Shown: positions 1 to 13,885 of the stretch, piece by piece
Numbering within the stretch: position 1 is the first letter of the stretch
Layout of the letters: the number at the start of each line of letters is the position of its first letter
Origin: Octopus sinensis
Taxonomy: Eukaryota
DNA: 64,000 nucleotides
Assembly: GCF_006345805.1 (NCBI RefSeq)
Contig: NC_043003.1
Span: 15,438,001-15,502,000 of the forward strand
Direction of reading: 5' to 3'
Notes under the pieces: model-generated
The model's input: only the letters and a program-made list of their open reading frames with translations
Told to the model about the DNA's origin: nothing
The model's database searches: none
Position numbers and translations under genes: made by a program

Positions 1-740
1 TCACTGGTGGAGATCGAAACATGTATGCACAGATGAAATTAAGAAGTTAAGAGTCTTTGCTTGAGACTCGATACAGCATCGGTGATTGGGGATGAAACGA
101 CAGTCCGTTATATTAAAACTAAAAAAAAGGACACGAATCTAAAAGTGTATAAAGGCATTCACCTAAAGTGGTATTGATGGTCGGGGTAAGTTGAGGGTCA
201 GACGAAACACATTTCCGTACATATTTTCGTTCATAATGGATCTGAAATCAAATTGAACAGAAGTCGTAATTGCATTACACATCCTTCTAACATCGACGAA
301 ATGAATATTAGAAATATATGAAGCTAGAATCATTTCTCTATATTATTTCGCCATAGAAAAATTGGCTGTGTACTTAAGAAAGAAGTCAATTACACACTCA
401 TCAGCGAGATTTCAGAATTTGTCAAGCGCCACAATGGAATATTTGCCTTTCGTTAACAAGCAATTTATTGGACTTTCATGGAATAACAAAAATGGTATTT
501 CATGCTTCAGACTTCTTCACTCTAATAACCACTTAGCAGGTATTTTCAAATATTTCTTCAAATGTGCTTGGTACAGTACTCAAGATATGGTCGTTTAGAG
601 AAGCTTTTCATATTAGCTGCCAAATCTCTTTCAGTCTCTCTGTCCCTCTCTCTCCGTTACAATTGACATATATATGTGTGTGTTTGTGTGTGTGTACTTA
701 CGTGTGTATGTGTGTGTGTAGTTGTTTATATGTATATATA

Positions 741-938
741 AGCGCAGGAATGGGTGTGTGGTAAGTAGCTTGCTTACCAACAGCATGATTCTGGGTTCCG
801 TCCCACTGCGTGACACCTTGGGCTAGTGTCTTCTACTATAGCCTCGGGCCTACGAAAACCTTATGAGTGGATTTGGCTGACGGAAACTGAAAGAAGCCCG
901 TCGTATATATGTATGTATATATATATATATATAATATA

Positions 939-996
<58 letters not shown>

Positions 997-1184
997 TTGT
1001 GTGTCTGTGTTTGTCCCCCGACATCACTTGACAACCGATACCGATGCTGGCGTGTTTACGTTCCCGTAACTTAGCGGTTCGGGAAAAGGGACTGATAGAA
1101 TAAGTACTAGGCTTACAAAGAATAAGTCCTGGGGGCGATTTCTTCGACTAAAGGCGGTGCTCCAGCATGGCCACAGTCAACTGA
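741..1184 (+). mobile_element. tRNA-derived SINE, family A (head GGCGCAGGAGTGGCTGTGTGG, internal (TA)n(TG)n)
   Basis: A-box/B-box-like head (GGGTTCCGTCCC), body CCTTGGGCTAGTGTCTTCTACTATAG and tail CCAGCATGGCCACAGTC. Same family recurs at 3051, 13507, 31631, 63016. Resembles described octopus SINEs (name not verified). Confidence 0.8.
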
Positions 1185-1474
1185 TCAGACTCTCGTATAC
1201 GTCTATCAATTTGTGTTGCAAGATTCCTGATGTGAAATCTTTTGTTGAAACAGATATTGTTGTATTTCGGGACGGTCATTTTCCTTTTTTTTTTGGCAAA
1301 TAAACACACGCACTGCATATTTCTTCTTCACTCGTTTATTACTGCTCTTTGTTTAACTCATGTCCACTGTCTGGAAATATTTCGTCACACATCTTGGACC
1401 ACTTCAGCGTTACTTTCCATCCTCGCATGTGTTCCGTTTAGTCTATTCTCTTAACAAAAACACCATCCCGAATT

Positions 1475-1515
<41 letters not shown>

Positions 1516-1757
1516 TATATATATATATATGATATATATATATATATATATAATATATATATATATATTTAATGAAATGGATAAATGAATTATCTTGTTA
1601 CGGATTATTCAAAATTTAGCCGATACCTGTGTAGCAAAAATCACGCCAGAAAAGACACGGTTGAGGTTACGACCATGGGGTTTGCAGCCTTTGAAACATG
1701 TGTAGAAAATAATAAAAAGGAATTTTGTAGAATCTTCGTTCGACTCCATTTCTTCCT

Positions 1758-1833
<76 letters not shown>

Positions 1834-2279
1834 CTTGATAGATAAGGCAAGACAACAAAAGAATGAAATAGAGCTCGATATTATGTAAATCGAGGAATTT
1901 ATTTGTATATATATGTGAGCGAATAATTGTCACATATTATATATATTTATTTATAAATGATTTTACGCATTTCGTTTGTTCGCACGGTGCTTGGTCACTT
2001 CAAACGAACTTTCGCAGGCATGATGGGGGAGAATGTTTGTAGTTATTTAGCTGGCGGACTTTGGCTGATGAGAAATCACGCGTCTAGGTGGCGCTAAATT
2101 TCGAAACCGGTACCAGGTTGACCAGCATTTACATGTTCTGACCCATTTGAGGTAAGACATTATTATTGTTCACTGATATTTTTTCCTATCTTGTCTGTAA
2201 TAGTTTTGTGACTATCCGGTGGTACAGAAGTACTTTTTGACTTCTATCATTAGCGATATAGGTACTCATGTAGTACCCT

Positions 2280-2325
<46 letters not shown>

Positions 2326-3050
2326 AAAATCACAGTTTATAATGACTTTTGTTTGCGGGTTTAAAAGAGAAACTATTGCAGTCTCAAACACAAGAATCTC
2401 AGATTACCGCAAAATTTTGGTCAGTACCATGGAATCATTTGTTTTTCTCGCCACATACTTTAGTAGTAATTCTTCTCAAATAAAAATTTTTAAGGAATTT
2501 TTTTCTTTTCTTCGTTTTTTTCCTGTTATTCTGTTGGTTACCACGAAATAAAAAAAATATTTATTATAATTCCTTGTTGATGCTATCCATTTGATCTTCA
2601 TATTTTTTATTTTTATTAACACTTCCAACATACGTTTTAATCATATCAATGCAATGCGGAAGCAGGAGTTTGGAACGCGAATGCAAAAGGAATGGAAAGT
2701 AAGAAATAGGCGAAAACGCGGAATCATTACTTGAAATGGATATTACTTCAAAAACAAAATTTAGGAGATGAATATTTATCAGCAGAAACTGAACCAGCTG
2801 TTCGAGAGCAATTTGAAAATAAAATGCCTTTATATAAACCTGGGAGAGAATCTGTCGATCGTGTTGAACCATCTACATTGCCCACGGATGTCATACTTGA
2901 AAGGAAACAAAATTCCATTAACTTAAAACAAATCTCTGAGAAAATAATACATCGATAACACACACGAGGTAGATTCGATATTGGGGAGTTAAGGCAGTTA
3001 AATGCGGGAAACAATGAAAATGTATGAGGAAAGGGCGTATTCGCAAAGTA

Positions 3051-3245
3051 CGTAGGAGCAGTTGCGGCTGTGTAGTTAGAAGTTTGCTTCCCAGCTACAT
3101 GGTTCTGGGTTCAGTCCCACTGCGTGGCACCTTGGGCAAGTGTCTTTTACTATAGACGCTGGCCGACCATAGCCTTTGAGTGGATTTGGTAGGGAAACGA
3201 AAAAGAATCCCGTCGTATATATATGTATGTATGTGTATGTATATG

Positions 3246-3278
<33 letters not shown>

Positions 3279-3505
3279 CTAAGTGAATGTCTTTGCGTCT
3301 ATTTGTCTCCCCACCCACCGCTTGATAACAGATGCTGGTGTATTTACGTCTCCGTAACTTAGCAGTTCGGCAAAAGAGACAAATAGAATAAGTACCAAAT
3401 TTATGAAAAGAAAATAAATACTGGAGTCGATTCATTCGACTAAAACTTCTTCAAATCGGTGCCCCAGCATGGCCGCAGTCTAATAACTAAAACAAATAAA
3501 AGGTA
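3051..3505 (+). mobile_element. SINE family A copy
   Basis: Colinear with the 741-1184 copy (GGGTTCAGTCCCACTGCGTGGCACCTTGGGCAAG ... CCAGCATGGCCGCAGTC). Confidence 0.8.
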
Positions 3506-3735
3506 AACGGTTCCTTTATCTCAAATATTCCTGCGTAATATTGAGCAGCTCCCTTTTTAAGTTGGTATCTTTGAACATTAGGAATTACAACGGTGAATTG
3601 TCTGAAAGAGATTGGCTATTGGAGGTGGTGATGGTCACAAAATAAGATACATATCGTTTACCATGTTGACTCATTGAATATATTATATTTACTGTTTTCG
3701 ATTCATTAATCCATGGGAATTAATGCAACAATGTT

Positions 3736-4396
3736 GACCGCAGTACGCAACTGGTACTCAATTTATCAACCCCGAAGGGATGAAAAGCAAAGTCGACCTC
3801 GGTGGAATTTGAACTCAGACCATGAAGACAGACGAAATACCTATTTCTATTTCTTTATTACCCACAGAGGGGACAAACAAGGACAGACATAGGTATTAAG
3901 TCGATTACATCGACCCCAGTGCGTAACTAGTACTTAATTTATCGACCCCGAAAGGATGAAAAGCAAAGTCGACCTCGGCAGAATTTGAACTCACAACGTA
4001 ACGCAGACGAAATACCTATTTCTTTATTACCCACAAGGGGCTAAACACAGAGGGGACAAACAAGGACAGACATAGGTATTAAGTCGATTACATCGACCCC
4101 AGTGCGTAACTAGTACTTAATTTATCGACCCCGAAAGGATGAAAGGCAAAGTCGACCTCGGCGGAATTTGAACTCACAACGTAACGCAGACGAAATACCT
4201 ATTTCTTTATTACCCACAAGGAGCTAAACACAGAGGGGACAAACAAGGACAGACATAGGTATTAAGTCGATTACATCGACCCCAGTGCGTAACTGGTTCT
4301 TAATTTATCGACCCCGAAAGGATGAAAAGCAAAGTCGACCTCGGTAGAATTTGAACTCACAACGTAACGCAGACGAAATACCGCTAAGCATTTCGC
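3736..4396 (-). repeat. SINE family N (Nin/Deu-like core CTTTGCCTTTCATCCTTTCGGGGTCGATAAA), tandemised in ~183-bp units
   Basis: Anchor GACGAAATAC at 3831, 4006, 4189, 4372 (spacing 175/183/183). Another partial copy at ~4440-4603. Confidence 0.8.
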
Positions 4397-4879
4397 TTTC
4401 TTTTTCCTTTTTTTCTGTCTTTTTTTCTTTAGGCAGAAAGCCCGAAATTTGGCGGGAGGGGGCCTGTCGATTGGATCGACTGTAGTACGTAACTGGTACT
4501 CAATTTATCGACCCCGAAAGGACGACAGGCAAAGTCGACCTCGGTGGAATTTCAACTCGGAACGTGAAGACAGACGAAATACCTATTTCTTTACTACCCA
4601 CAAGGTAGTACTTACCACACAGCCACTCCTGCGCCTGTATTTAATATGTTGAATAAAATTATAATTAACTGATCTTCCTGTAATTTCTTTTACTCAAAGC
4701 CAGGCATTAGTCAGACCCCCGCCTCGTAGGTATCGTGGAGGGAGCTTAATCTGTAAATTCATTCAAACAGATCCATGGATGCAGTTAAGCATGAAGAATG
4801 TTTAAAATATAAGTTCATTCAAACAGACACATGGAACATTTTTTTTATAAACATATTGTAACAAAATGGGCGAACTGGA

Positions 4880-6420
4880 CTAATATTTTATGCTGTCTAA
4901 TTGACAATATTTTCATTTTGGAGTGAAAAGGAGTTATCATCTGATAAAACACTTCATTTGAATTCAGTGTTCACAATGTTAAATTTACCTAGGTTGGTTG
5001 AACTTGAAACTCGTATTGAGAAGATCAAAACAACCCAGGAGAAAGGGGAAAGATCGCCTGTATATTATTTGTCGGTTGAATCACGAAATAACTTTATTTC
5101 TCTTTGCTCAGATTTCGTTTTGAAACATACTTAAAAAAAAAAAAACAAACAACAAAAACAGGATACTATTCAAACATGGTAGAGGCAACATTTGATTCTT
5201 CACATTTCGAGTAGATAACTCTTATCATGTGTTACCTTAAAAGCATAGATTAAGAATTCGAAATTCAGCAAAGATTTTTATCTTCTGAAGGCTGTGTGTA
5301 AGAAAACAGGCTCTGATATCGCGAAGCTGATAAGGGAAACATAGATTAAATATAACATTCTTTTAGAAGGTAGCCTGGATCAAGGGTAAGGTAGTAGAAG
5401 TCAAGTATAAAAGAGTGCGAAAAATATCATTTAATAAAAATCTCACTATTTTCTCTTCTTGTTTATGTAATACATTGAATTTATGTGCACGAATTCAGCC
5501 GTGTGTTGAAGCAATATTGGTGCATTTTTCGGAACTGTTAACCGTGTCTATATAATATTTCCTTATCAAAAGAAAAAAATGTCAGACCCATCTGATACAC
5601 ACAGACTATTAATCATTGCCTCGTAACCCAACTACCGCATGGTAGCTAAAATTAAAGGCGTGAAATCATTTGGATTAAATCTGATTCGTTTGAAATTACC
5701 ACTGTGAGATGTTGTGAAGCTTAATCTTATACCAAAGATCAGAAGACAAGTAACCTGCGCTTTTAGATACATGTTGTTCTCTTTAAGATGCATGCTCATA
5801 TCGTAAATTTGTTTAAGTATTTTTGCTCGCTATAGCATTTACAACATTGTATTACGGATAGCTGACGTCACTGTTAATACTAAAGAGAATTACATTGAAA
5901 TGGTCATCAAAAACTTTGCAGGAACTAAAAGATCAATTTAACAGCGATTGGTATTAAAAAAAAAAACGTGCTGCTAACAATTTCAAAATTGAAATTAATT
6001 CACAAGAAAATTGAGAGAAAGCAAATTAAAACACTGCTTGTAGAATTAAAACATGTTGTTAATAATCTGAAAATAGGAATTAAATTACAAGCAAATGAGA
6101 GAGAGCGAAAGAAAAGTTTTTTTTTAATGAGAATCAAGCAAGAGATGGAAGCCAGACTAAGGCACCTGACACATAAGCAGAAGTTTTATCTCGGACATCT
6201 GTTTTTGATGTCATTTTAGGTTCTGTCAATGATAATCTAACAAGATTTGAAACTGCAAAGAAAATTATTTTTCATACTTTTTTTATTCCTCTGGCTATAC
6301 CTGTCTTATATCAGGAAATGTTTTGGCTACAAAATGCATGCCATTTTCCGAATTTTACAATGATGTTTCAAATTATTTAGAAATTTCAAATGAATTAATT
6401 TGAAATGATTATAAAGAACT
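4880..6420 (+). pseudogene. Degenerate hAT (ZMYM1-like/Tip100-type) transposase
   Basis: Fragments in the expected order, broken by stops and frameshifts: YYLSVESRNNFISLCSDFV, GYYSNMVEATFDSSHFE*ITLIMCYL (cf. YYSIIVDATPDSSHVEQ), EIQQRFYLLKAVCKKTGSDIAKL, FFGTVNRVYN, SVFDVILGSVNDNLTRFETAKKI. Confidence 0.65.
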
Positions 6421-7658
6421 TTCAAATGAAAACGATAATAATCCGTGGCAACTTTGTGGAACCCATTGATTTATTCAACAAACAGGAGGATACAAGAGGA
6501 TCAGTTAATTATGATTTTATTCAACATATTCCTCTCTCAGATTCACACACTTAATGCAGCGGTCCTTCATTTTTCTAAGGCCTGTAAAAGAACAAGGAAG
6601 TTTGGTCCTCTAATCAAGCCTTTTGTGAAACTCTTAAAGCCAGGAACTTCCAGTACCCCCTCGTGTATTCACACAACACACACACACTCATCTACAAAGT
6701 AGGAAGCATCGCCTCAAATCATTCTGGATTCTTCTAATAATAGCTGTAACCCCATCCTCGGTCAGATTTTCCATTCAGAAACCTTAAACTGGTAAAAAAA
6801 AAAAAAAGATATCTCAGAACAAACATGTCATAAGGTTGCCCCAACAGCCTATCATGAACTGTTAAACCAAAATAAAACAGTTAATGCGAAGAGGCATCAT
6901 CAATTGGAAACATTGCACAAATACTCGCAAGAAAGTTAAAACTTAGAGCACATGCACAGCAGAGTTGAAGGTCAATCTGTGCCAAGCAGCTTGATTCTAC
7001 CTGCTTTAGTTTCGTTACTATGGCACCAGTCCGGACACTTATTGATCAGACCACGTGTGTGTGTGTGTGTGTGTGTGACGATAGCAAACACAGGTTAGCT
7101 GTGGTTAATGTACCAGTCGGGTTAATAAAAGTACACTAATTACAGAGAGACAGCGGGGTTGTTAATGGCATCAAAATAAGTGTATAATAGTTATGCCGAA
7201 GTGACTATAAAATTAATTAAGCAGGAAAATCAGGAAAGCGAGAGCTAACAGTAAATCTTTATAGTAGATTTTTATAGTAGATCGTTATAGCAAGAGATCA
7301 TAGTAGATCTTTATAGGCAGGCAGATATCATTAAAGTTCATAGTAGATCTTTATAGACAGGCAGATATCGTTAAAGTTCATAGTTTATGATCACAAGCAA
7401 AAGCGAAGAAGATCTGAGTAGTTGTTCGTAGTAGTTCTTTAGAGAAAGGTAAGCAGATAAACGGGGAGTTTATATTCAAACCACGATTGCATAGATTTTC
7501 TACAGGTGTCAGGTCAGGGGAAGATCCTGGCCATTACCCACTTCAGTAATATTGTTAGCTCTAAGTCAATTTTTTTTCACGCATTTTGCAGAAACACAAG
7601 GTACTTGAATACTATGCATTTATAGACGATTAGATGAGTAAATAACTTCATTTATGCG

Positions 7659-7994
7659 AAGTCTCGTGGATCAGTGGTTAGAGCATTAGGTTCACAATCA
7701 TCAGCTAGTGAGTTCGATTCCCGGACCGGACTGTGTTTTGTGTTCTTGAGCAAAGCACTTTATTTCACGTTGCTCCAGTTCTCTTAGCTATAGAAATAAA
7801 TTACGATGTCACTGGTGCCAAGCTGTATTGGCCTTTGCTTTTCTCTTAGATAACATCGGTGGTATGGAGAAGGGAGGCTGGTATGTATGGGTGACTGATG
7901 GTCTTCCATAAACAACCTTGCCCAAATTTATGCCTCGGAAGGGAACTTTCCAGATGCAATCTCATTGTCAGTCATGACCGAAGAGGGTTTTTAC
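7659..7994 (+). mobile_element. tRNA-derived SINE, family C head with Meta/CORE-like centre and its own tail
   Basis: TGGATCAGTGG ... GAGTTCGATTCCC head, then GTGTTCTTGAGCAAAGCACTTTATTTCACGTTGCTCCAG shared with the 61769 copy. Confidence 0.65.
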
Positions 7995-9361
7995 TTCAAC
8001 TTTTGCAAAATATCCAGGTAAGTTTTATAGTTTATAGTAGTATCTTGAAATGATTTATTGAAATATTGCACGGTTACCCATGATCATACGATTAGGTAAC
8101 GTTTTTTCAAAATATTCTGGTAGGTTTTGTCGTTTATGATGGCATCATGAGATTCCAGCTTTTGACCCACCAGGAGTAAGGGTGGAATTCAAAGAATTTC
8201 CATCAGTAGTGGATTTAGTAGAAATTGAACCACTAATGAAACATTACTAAAAAGTAAATAAGTATGTCAAATCGACAGGAAAAAAGAAAGAAAAGAAAAA
8301 GGAGAAAAAAAGGAAAAAGAAAGAATAAGTGTTTTATGTTATGTTTAATAATATCGGAAAATAGAAGAACAATTTTAGAGAACATATAACGGTTCAAATA
8401 ATTGTAATGGTAGACGATAATTAATTGTTATGTATATACATGATAAAAACGGACAGTTTAAAAAGATTAATGGTAATGCATATGATGCGGAGCGCATGCA
8501 GCCATTCATAACCCTATTCGTTCTATGTATTGTCCCCTTTGTGGTATCCTGTCTGTCCTTGTTTGTCCCCCTCTATATTTGGGTCCTTGTGGCTAATAAA
8601 GAAACCGAGATTCCATCTTTTCCTTTTGTAGAAATGTCTTCCCTACATATCGCAATGAATCAGCATTGTGACTCTAAGAAAACTAGATCAGGATGCTTAA
8701 GATTCGTTAGATGCAAATATTTAATGGATGTTTCGTTACTAAACATGACTTTAAGCCAGTCTTTGTTTTGTCGGTCAACTTTTATATAACCTCTACAAAA
8801 CTACGAATGAGATGAACTTGGATGTATTTTTCGTGATAGCCTTTGTGTGTATTGTTTTAAGTGGACGTCATACAACCAAAGTGAAGACTTTCTACATTCG
8901 ATGTCTTATTGTATTAGTACTGCATCATGCTGTTATTACCAAGCTTTTGTTGTTTCTCAGTTCACAACTAGCAATTCTAGTGGTGCTTGTCTTGTATTAG
9001 CAAACCTAACAGTATTTGTCTCGCATTCCTGGACATCAACGAATATATTACACAAAGACGATAAATCGTACGAGCAGTTTGAAGGGTTGTGATACGAGGA
9101 CCTCCCTGAATATCCAGAAATGACTTCTCTTTATGTTTTCATCCACTTCTTGCTTATCTTTCACGTCAGTTTCGTGGTTCAGGTGGAAGTCTTTTGGAAT
9201 GATTTGTATCCATCTTCTTGATGAAATCGAAACAAAATTTTTCAAACAGAACAAACGAATAGATTTCGCCGAACCTTAGTTTTCTGCCATATAAAACAAC
9301 CATTTTAATCTTTTACCCATGACTCTTCCACAAATGTATAAAATAATGCCTTCAAATTTTG

Positions 9362-9737
9362 ACACAAGGCCTGAAGTTTTGGTAGACCCAGAAAGTTTGA
9401 GTCGATTATATCGAGCGCAGTGTGTAACTGGTACTTATTTTATCGACCTCGAAAGGATAAAGGGCAAAGTCGACAGTATTTGAACTCAGAACGTAAAGAC
9501 AAGTGAAATACCTATTTCTTTACTGCCCACAAGGGGCTAAACACCGAGAGGGCAAACAAGGACAGACGAGCGGATTAAGTCGATTATATCGACCCCAGTG
9601 CGTAAACTGGTACTTAATTTATCAACCCCGAAAGGATGAAAGGCAAAGTCGACCTCGGCAGAATTTGAACTCAGAACATAGCGGCAAACGAAATAACGCT
9701 AGGCATTTCGCCCGGTGTGCTAACGTTTCTGCCAGCT
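9362..9737 (-). mobile_element. SINE family N, two tandem units
   Basis: Family N core twice; head complement TTCTGCCAGCT at ~9730. Confidence 0.75.
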
Positions 9738-9831
9738 TGATTATGTTGAAGAAATTGAAAAATGAAAAAAAAAAAAAAAAAAAAAGAAGTTTTGCGCGTC
9801 AACCTGTTCCCACATCTTTATTTTTTGTTGT

Positions 9832-10218
9832 GGAGGCGCAATGGCCCAGTGGTTAGGGCAGCGGACTCGCGGTCATAGGATCGCGGTTTCGATTCCCAGA
9901 CCGGGCGTTGTGAGTGTTTATTGAGCGAAAACACTAAAACACCAAAAGCTCCACGAGGCTCCGGCAGGGGATGGTGGTGATCCCTGCTGTACTCTTTCAC
10001 CACAACTTTCTCTCACTCTCTCTTCCTGTTTCTGTTGTACCTGTATTTCAAAGGACCGACCTTGTCACACTGTGTCACGCTGAATATCCCCGAGAACTAC
10101 GTTAAGGGTGCACGTGTCTGTGGAGTGCTCAGCCACTTACACGTTAATTTCACGAGCAGGCTGTTCCATTGATCTGATCAACGGGAACCCTCGTCGTCGT
10201 AACCGACGGAGTGCTTCC
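9832..10218 (+). mobile_element. tRNA-derived SINE, family B (head GGAGGCGCAATGGCCCAGTGG), tail type 1
   Basis: tRNA-like head with GGTTTCGATTCCC; tail ends CCCTCGTCGTCGTAACCGACGGAGTGC. Same element in reverse at 40511-40848. Confidence 0.8.
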
Positions 10219-10288
10219 ATTTTTTGTTAGAGAGTAATGTAAAATTATCAGATATTATTATCATTGTTGTTGTTGTTGTTTAAGGCGG

Positions 10289-10492
10289 CGAGCTGGCAGA
10301 ATTGTTTGCGCGCTGGACGAAATGCTTAGCGGCATTTCGCCCGTCGCTACGTCCTGAGTTCAAATTCCACCGTGGTCGACTTTGCTTTCATCCTTTCAGG
10401 GTCGATAAATTAAGTACCAGTGAAACACTGGTCGATGTGATCGACTAGTTCCCTTCCAATATATTTGAGGCCCTGCGCTTATAGGAGAAAGG

Positions 10493-10525
<33 letters not shown>
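10289..10525 (+). mobile_element. SINE family N monomer with (ATT)n tail
   Basis: GAGCTGGCAGAA head, core, AGAAAGGATT(ATT)n end. Confidence 0.75.
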
Positions 10526-10527
<2 letters not shown>

Positions 10528-12431
10528 TGTCGCCAGAACTGGACGTATATTTCGGAGCTCCGTAAGTATGTACCTTGTTTACCTCTAAAAAGATTGTTAT
10601 TGTTACATGTTATGACTTGTGACTAAGTTAATCTAGAACATATTGGTCAGATTAACAGTGTTATTGTTTTTTGTCCTCCGGGGCAAAAATCAATCGGAAG
10701 GAAAATTAATTTTTCTTTCAAAGTTTTCAAAACTTAATATGACGTCGTCGTCGTTCCCGGCGAGTGAACCAGAGAGGGAAGCGGGAGGAGATGTAGAACG
10801 CGAAATTGTCTTTCACCGTCACTCGACCCCACTCACTGTAGATGTAAATGATAGTGATAGTTGCAGGAGGAGCAGCAACATCAATGATAACAACAGCAAC
10901 AACAAAAACCAGTGGAAGTGTCAGGCTGAGGTAATGAGAATCCGATCAAAGAAGCACGAAATATAACTAGCAGCAGCCAACTGCGCAAGGACAATATCAC
11001 CATCACCACCACTACGACCATCACATAAATCAGTAAAATTTCGAACAAAGAAAGTGAATGTTCAAATAGAAATATTGTTTCCTTTACTGGTCTTAGACAT
11101 TGGTCTTAGACATTGCCTTTCCTTATATGGTAAGCTTTAAAAAATGTGATGAATCTCTTAAAGTAAGAGGTAAACGCTAGTCATATGTTTTCCACAAGGA
11201 GATAGCGATTGTCATCCATCCTAAGTGAATTATTTTTCATCTGTGCTAGGAATGAGCCACAGCAAAGAATGAATGCCACAGCACAACGAACGTGAATTGT
11301 GCCGAACAAATGAGAAAGAAATGCTCAATACATGTTGTTGAATAAATAGTTTTGTGAAATCAAACGTTTATTTCGGGAGTCGAGTTTCATGCTATTGCGA
11401 TCTTCAGGCAATGAACTTGCGAAATAAACTTCAGTTTCACTAAACTGCACCCACACACTCACATCCATGCACGTGTACATGTATGTATATATGCATGCAT
11501 ACGTTAGTACATACATGTATACGCACACATATCTATCTATATCTGGTACTTCGGTTGGAGATTATTCATTTTCAAAGTGTTTTGTAGTTGTTTTACGCAT
11601 TACCGTCTCCATGTTAAAATAGATTGCAGTTAAAATTGCCATAGCAATTCTCCGTACTTGATACGATATTGAAAAGACTGGATGCGTGCATAGATACATT
11701 TGCAAATTTATAGTGAGTCTGTATATGTGTTTATATATGAGCATATATATGTGAAAGAAACTGATAAAGACAGCAAGAGAGAGATAGAGGGAGTGAACGG
11801 ATACGTGTATGGGTGATGACTTTACAAAGATATGCATAATATTATATGACAGGCATTTAAATCGCTTCGTTTTCAGATAATAATTTGAAATTTTGTGAGG
11901 GAGAGAGGCCGCTGTTTAATTAATATTGCTGAGTTATTTTCTTTGTGCTTAGCAGAAAATACATGATAAGGAAAGTAAAGTATCTTCTGGCAAAAATGTG
12001 AAAGGAAAACCAAAGCGAATTTCAAGTATCAAGAAATTATTATATAAGAATAAGAGAGAAAGAGAGAGAGAAAAAGAAAAAGAAAAGGGCAAATGGGTTA
12101 AGACGTCAAATAAATGGTATATAATTTACATAATTTAAGTTAAAATTCATTCACTTCCGATTGTGCTGAATAAAATTCGTTTAAGAAAAAAATAATAAAT
12201 ATTGATTTCTTATATAAAAGATACAGAAATTTTGTAACAAAAAACTCTTTACGAATTATAAATCCAGAATTCCACAAAACCGAATGTTAATTTTTTCTCC
12301 TTTCCAGTCCTGACTTTACCTCACATCTCTGCATCTATTTTGCATTCACTGCATTCGTAAACGTTAAGCTGTTAACATAAACGATTGCGAAGTAAACGAT
12401 CTCATGTGTGTGTATTCTATTGGTAATATTT

Positions 12432-12750
12432 TTTATTTTCTTATGCACCCTTTGCAAGCTCATGGGCCCGGTTTCCCGGTTTCTGTGGCGTATGTGTTCC
12501 CCCCAGCTGGACGGGACATCAGTCCATCGCAACGTTACTCAAGAAACAGGAAGAGAGATAGAGAGAGAGAGTGAGAGAAAGTTGGGGCGAAAGAGTACAA
12601 CAGGGGGCGCCACCACCCCCTGCCGGAGCCTCGTGGAGCTTTTAGGTGTTTTCGCTCAATAAACACACACAATGCCCGGTCTGGGAATCGAAACCGCGAT
12701 CTTCCGACCGCGAATCCGCTGCCCCTAACCACTGGACCATTGCGCTTCCA
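12432..12750 (-). mobile_element. SINE family B head with tail type 2
   Basis: Reverse of the GGAAGCGCAATGGTCCAGTGG head. Tail GTAACGTTGCGATGGACTGATGTCCCGTCCAGCTGGGG is shared with 58160 and 61769. Confidence 0.75.
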
Positions 12751-13260
12751 CATTCTATTGATAAATATGTAATTAAACCCATGCATTGCTTCTGCACACG
12801 AATCATACGATGATATCAGCTTTCTCCACATTGACTGAAGATTCTCGAAAGACTACAGCGCCCTGTGTGAGATATGAATATGGATTTAAGCACACGGATA
12901 ATTAAACGCCCTCACTTATACGTACCAGTCTATATAAAGTAGCATAGATAGATGTAGGCATATCAAATAATTCGGTCCATCATGAGATCTAGGATGTATA
13001 AGGCCGGAACTTAATCCATTTTTCATGACGTATGACTGAAATTACAAATACTACCCCTGCCGCCCCTGAACGTCATGAGGTTAACTTTCCAGATATTGCG
13101 AGTGTCCATTTACAGTTTGAAGCAATGTGAAGTGTTGTGATGAAGAACACAACGCACTGCCCAGCGCAGGAATCGAAACCACGAACTAACGATCGTAAGT
13201 GTAACACCCTGACCACTAGCCCACTCTCCTTTATTCATGTCAAATACCATATAACGTACA

Positions 13261-13489
13261 TTTTTATTTCTTTATTGCCCACCAGGGGCTAAACACAGAG
13301 GGGACAAACAAGGACAGACAAAGGGATTAAGTCGATTACATCGACCTCAGTGCGTAACTGGTATTTAATTTATCGACCACAAAAGGATGAAAGGCAAAGT
13401 CGACCTCGGCGGAATTTGAACTCAGAACGTGACGGCAGACGAAATACAGCTAAACATTTCGCCCGGCATGCTAACGATTCTGCCAGCTC
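13261..13489 (-). mobile_element. SINE family N
   Basis: Core plus head complement TTCTGCCAGCTC. Confidence 0.75.
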
Positions 13490-13506
13490 ACCATATAACA
13501 TAGATT

Positions 13507-13885
13507 ACTTGTTTCAGTCATTTTGACTGCGGCCATGCTGGAGCATCGCCTTAAAGGGTTTCAGCCGAAGAACTCGACCCCAGGACTTATTCTTTGTAAG
13601 CCTAGTACTTATTCCATCACACATTTTAGCCGAACCGCTAATTTACGGGGACATGCACACACCAGCGTCGGTTGTCAAGCGATGTCGGAGACACAAACAC
13701 TGACACATACACACATAAATACAAATATATATGCGACGTGCTTCTTTCAGTTTCCGCCTACCGAATCCACTAACAAGGCTTTGGTCTGCCCAAGGTTATA
13801 GTAGAAGACTCTTGCCCACGCAGTGGGTCTGAGCCCAGGATCATGTTGCTGGGAAGCAAGCTTCTTACCACACAGCGACGCCTAT
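13507..13885 (-). mobile_element. SINE family A
   Basis: Reverse complement of the family A tail and head. Confidence 0.7.

Noticed and set aside
2564-2958. Possible host-gene exon (ORFs 2731-2958 +, 2564-2872 -)
   Set aside because: No recognisable domain or splice support by eye; needs RNA-seq or BLASTX.
8847-9254. Possible coding fragment (KDFHLNHETDVKDKQEVDENIKR)
   Set aside because: No family recognised; frames are stop-interrupted.
9832-9910. tRNA-like heads (also 741, 7659, 31631, 61769) as real tRNA genes
   Set aside because: No complete acceptor-stem pairing, and they continue into SINE bodies.
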